DNA of 64,000 nucleotides from a virus (lineage: Duplodnaviria > Caudoviricetes), in the IMG/VR virus record IMGVR_UViG_3300032327_000460, positions 1 to 64,000 of that record; one strand, given 5' to 3'. Shown here one piece after another: positions 63,745-64,000 of the stretch. Made by a program: the position numbers and the translations under genes. The notes under the pieces are model-generated. The model was not told where the DNA came from and did no database searches. It worked only from the letters and a program-made list of their open reading frames with translations. How positions within the stretch are numbered: position 1 is the first letter of the stretch; the number at the start of each line of letters is the position of its first letter.

Positions 63745-64000
63745 TTATCCTGAGAATGGCCACGCTATTGTTGCTTCAAATGGTGGACGCTGTTTAAGTT
63801 CTACTGTTTCAATGCTTGAATTATACACGTCCTCGTCAATTTTGTCAACTGTAAAAGGTCCGTAAATAGTAACACTATCGTAGTCAACTAGCCAATCATG
63901 TTCTCCGTCATATAACCATCCTGCGCCACCATCGTCCCATGATTGTTCAATCTCGGCCTTTTCCTCTTCAGTAAAGGATTCATCGAATTCAAAATCTACT
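63745..64000 (-). CDS. Acidic hypothetical protein (5'-truncated by window edge)
   Basis: open frame to the window end. Confidence 0.65.
   Translation of the reverse strand, partial: VDFEFDESFTEEEKAEIEQSWDDGGAGWLYDGEHDWLVDYDSVTIYGPFTVDKIDEDVYNSSIETVELKQRPPFEATIAWPFSG

Noticed and set aside
1-64000. Stop-codon reassignment as seen in some large phages
   Set aside because: Conserved genes (ligase, clpX, clpP) are full-length in code 11, TAA/TAG/TGA all end genes, and there is no suppressor tRNA in the window

Overview
Fragment of a large, AT-rich, T4-like tailed (possibly jumbo) bacteriophage genome using the standard genetic code. Left to right: a tRNA cluster (7 tRNAs plus a tRNA 5' remnant, a GIY-YIG homing endonuclease, several structured RNA-like spacers, rpoZ); a small modification-enzyme cluster; a rightward block of small early genes behind repeated sigma70 promoters; a leftward tail/fibre block; iscA/infA; an amino-acid uptake/racemase/T4-gpT-like holin operon with a nearby D,D-peptidase; a leftward early block; a tape-measure-like gene; clpP, clpS, hsp20, rpsU and clpX; envelope proteins; a second homing endonuclease; and an ATP-dependent DNA ligase. 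Most notable: (i) a late-regulated SBP + DAACS symporter + holin-like + Asp/Glu racemase operon; (ii) recurrent hairpins that enclose a TAAATA late promoter and bury the RBS/ATG of the next gene, plus many apparently leaderless mRNAs; (iii) a ROSE-like thermometer on hsp20; (iv) a ~210-nt unexplained structured RNA in the tRNA array; (v) a frame-independent 15-nt gene-junction motif. All protein calls come from motif recognition by eye, not database searches. A proteobacterial host is only an inference from host-like genes.
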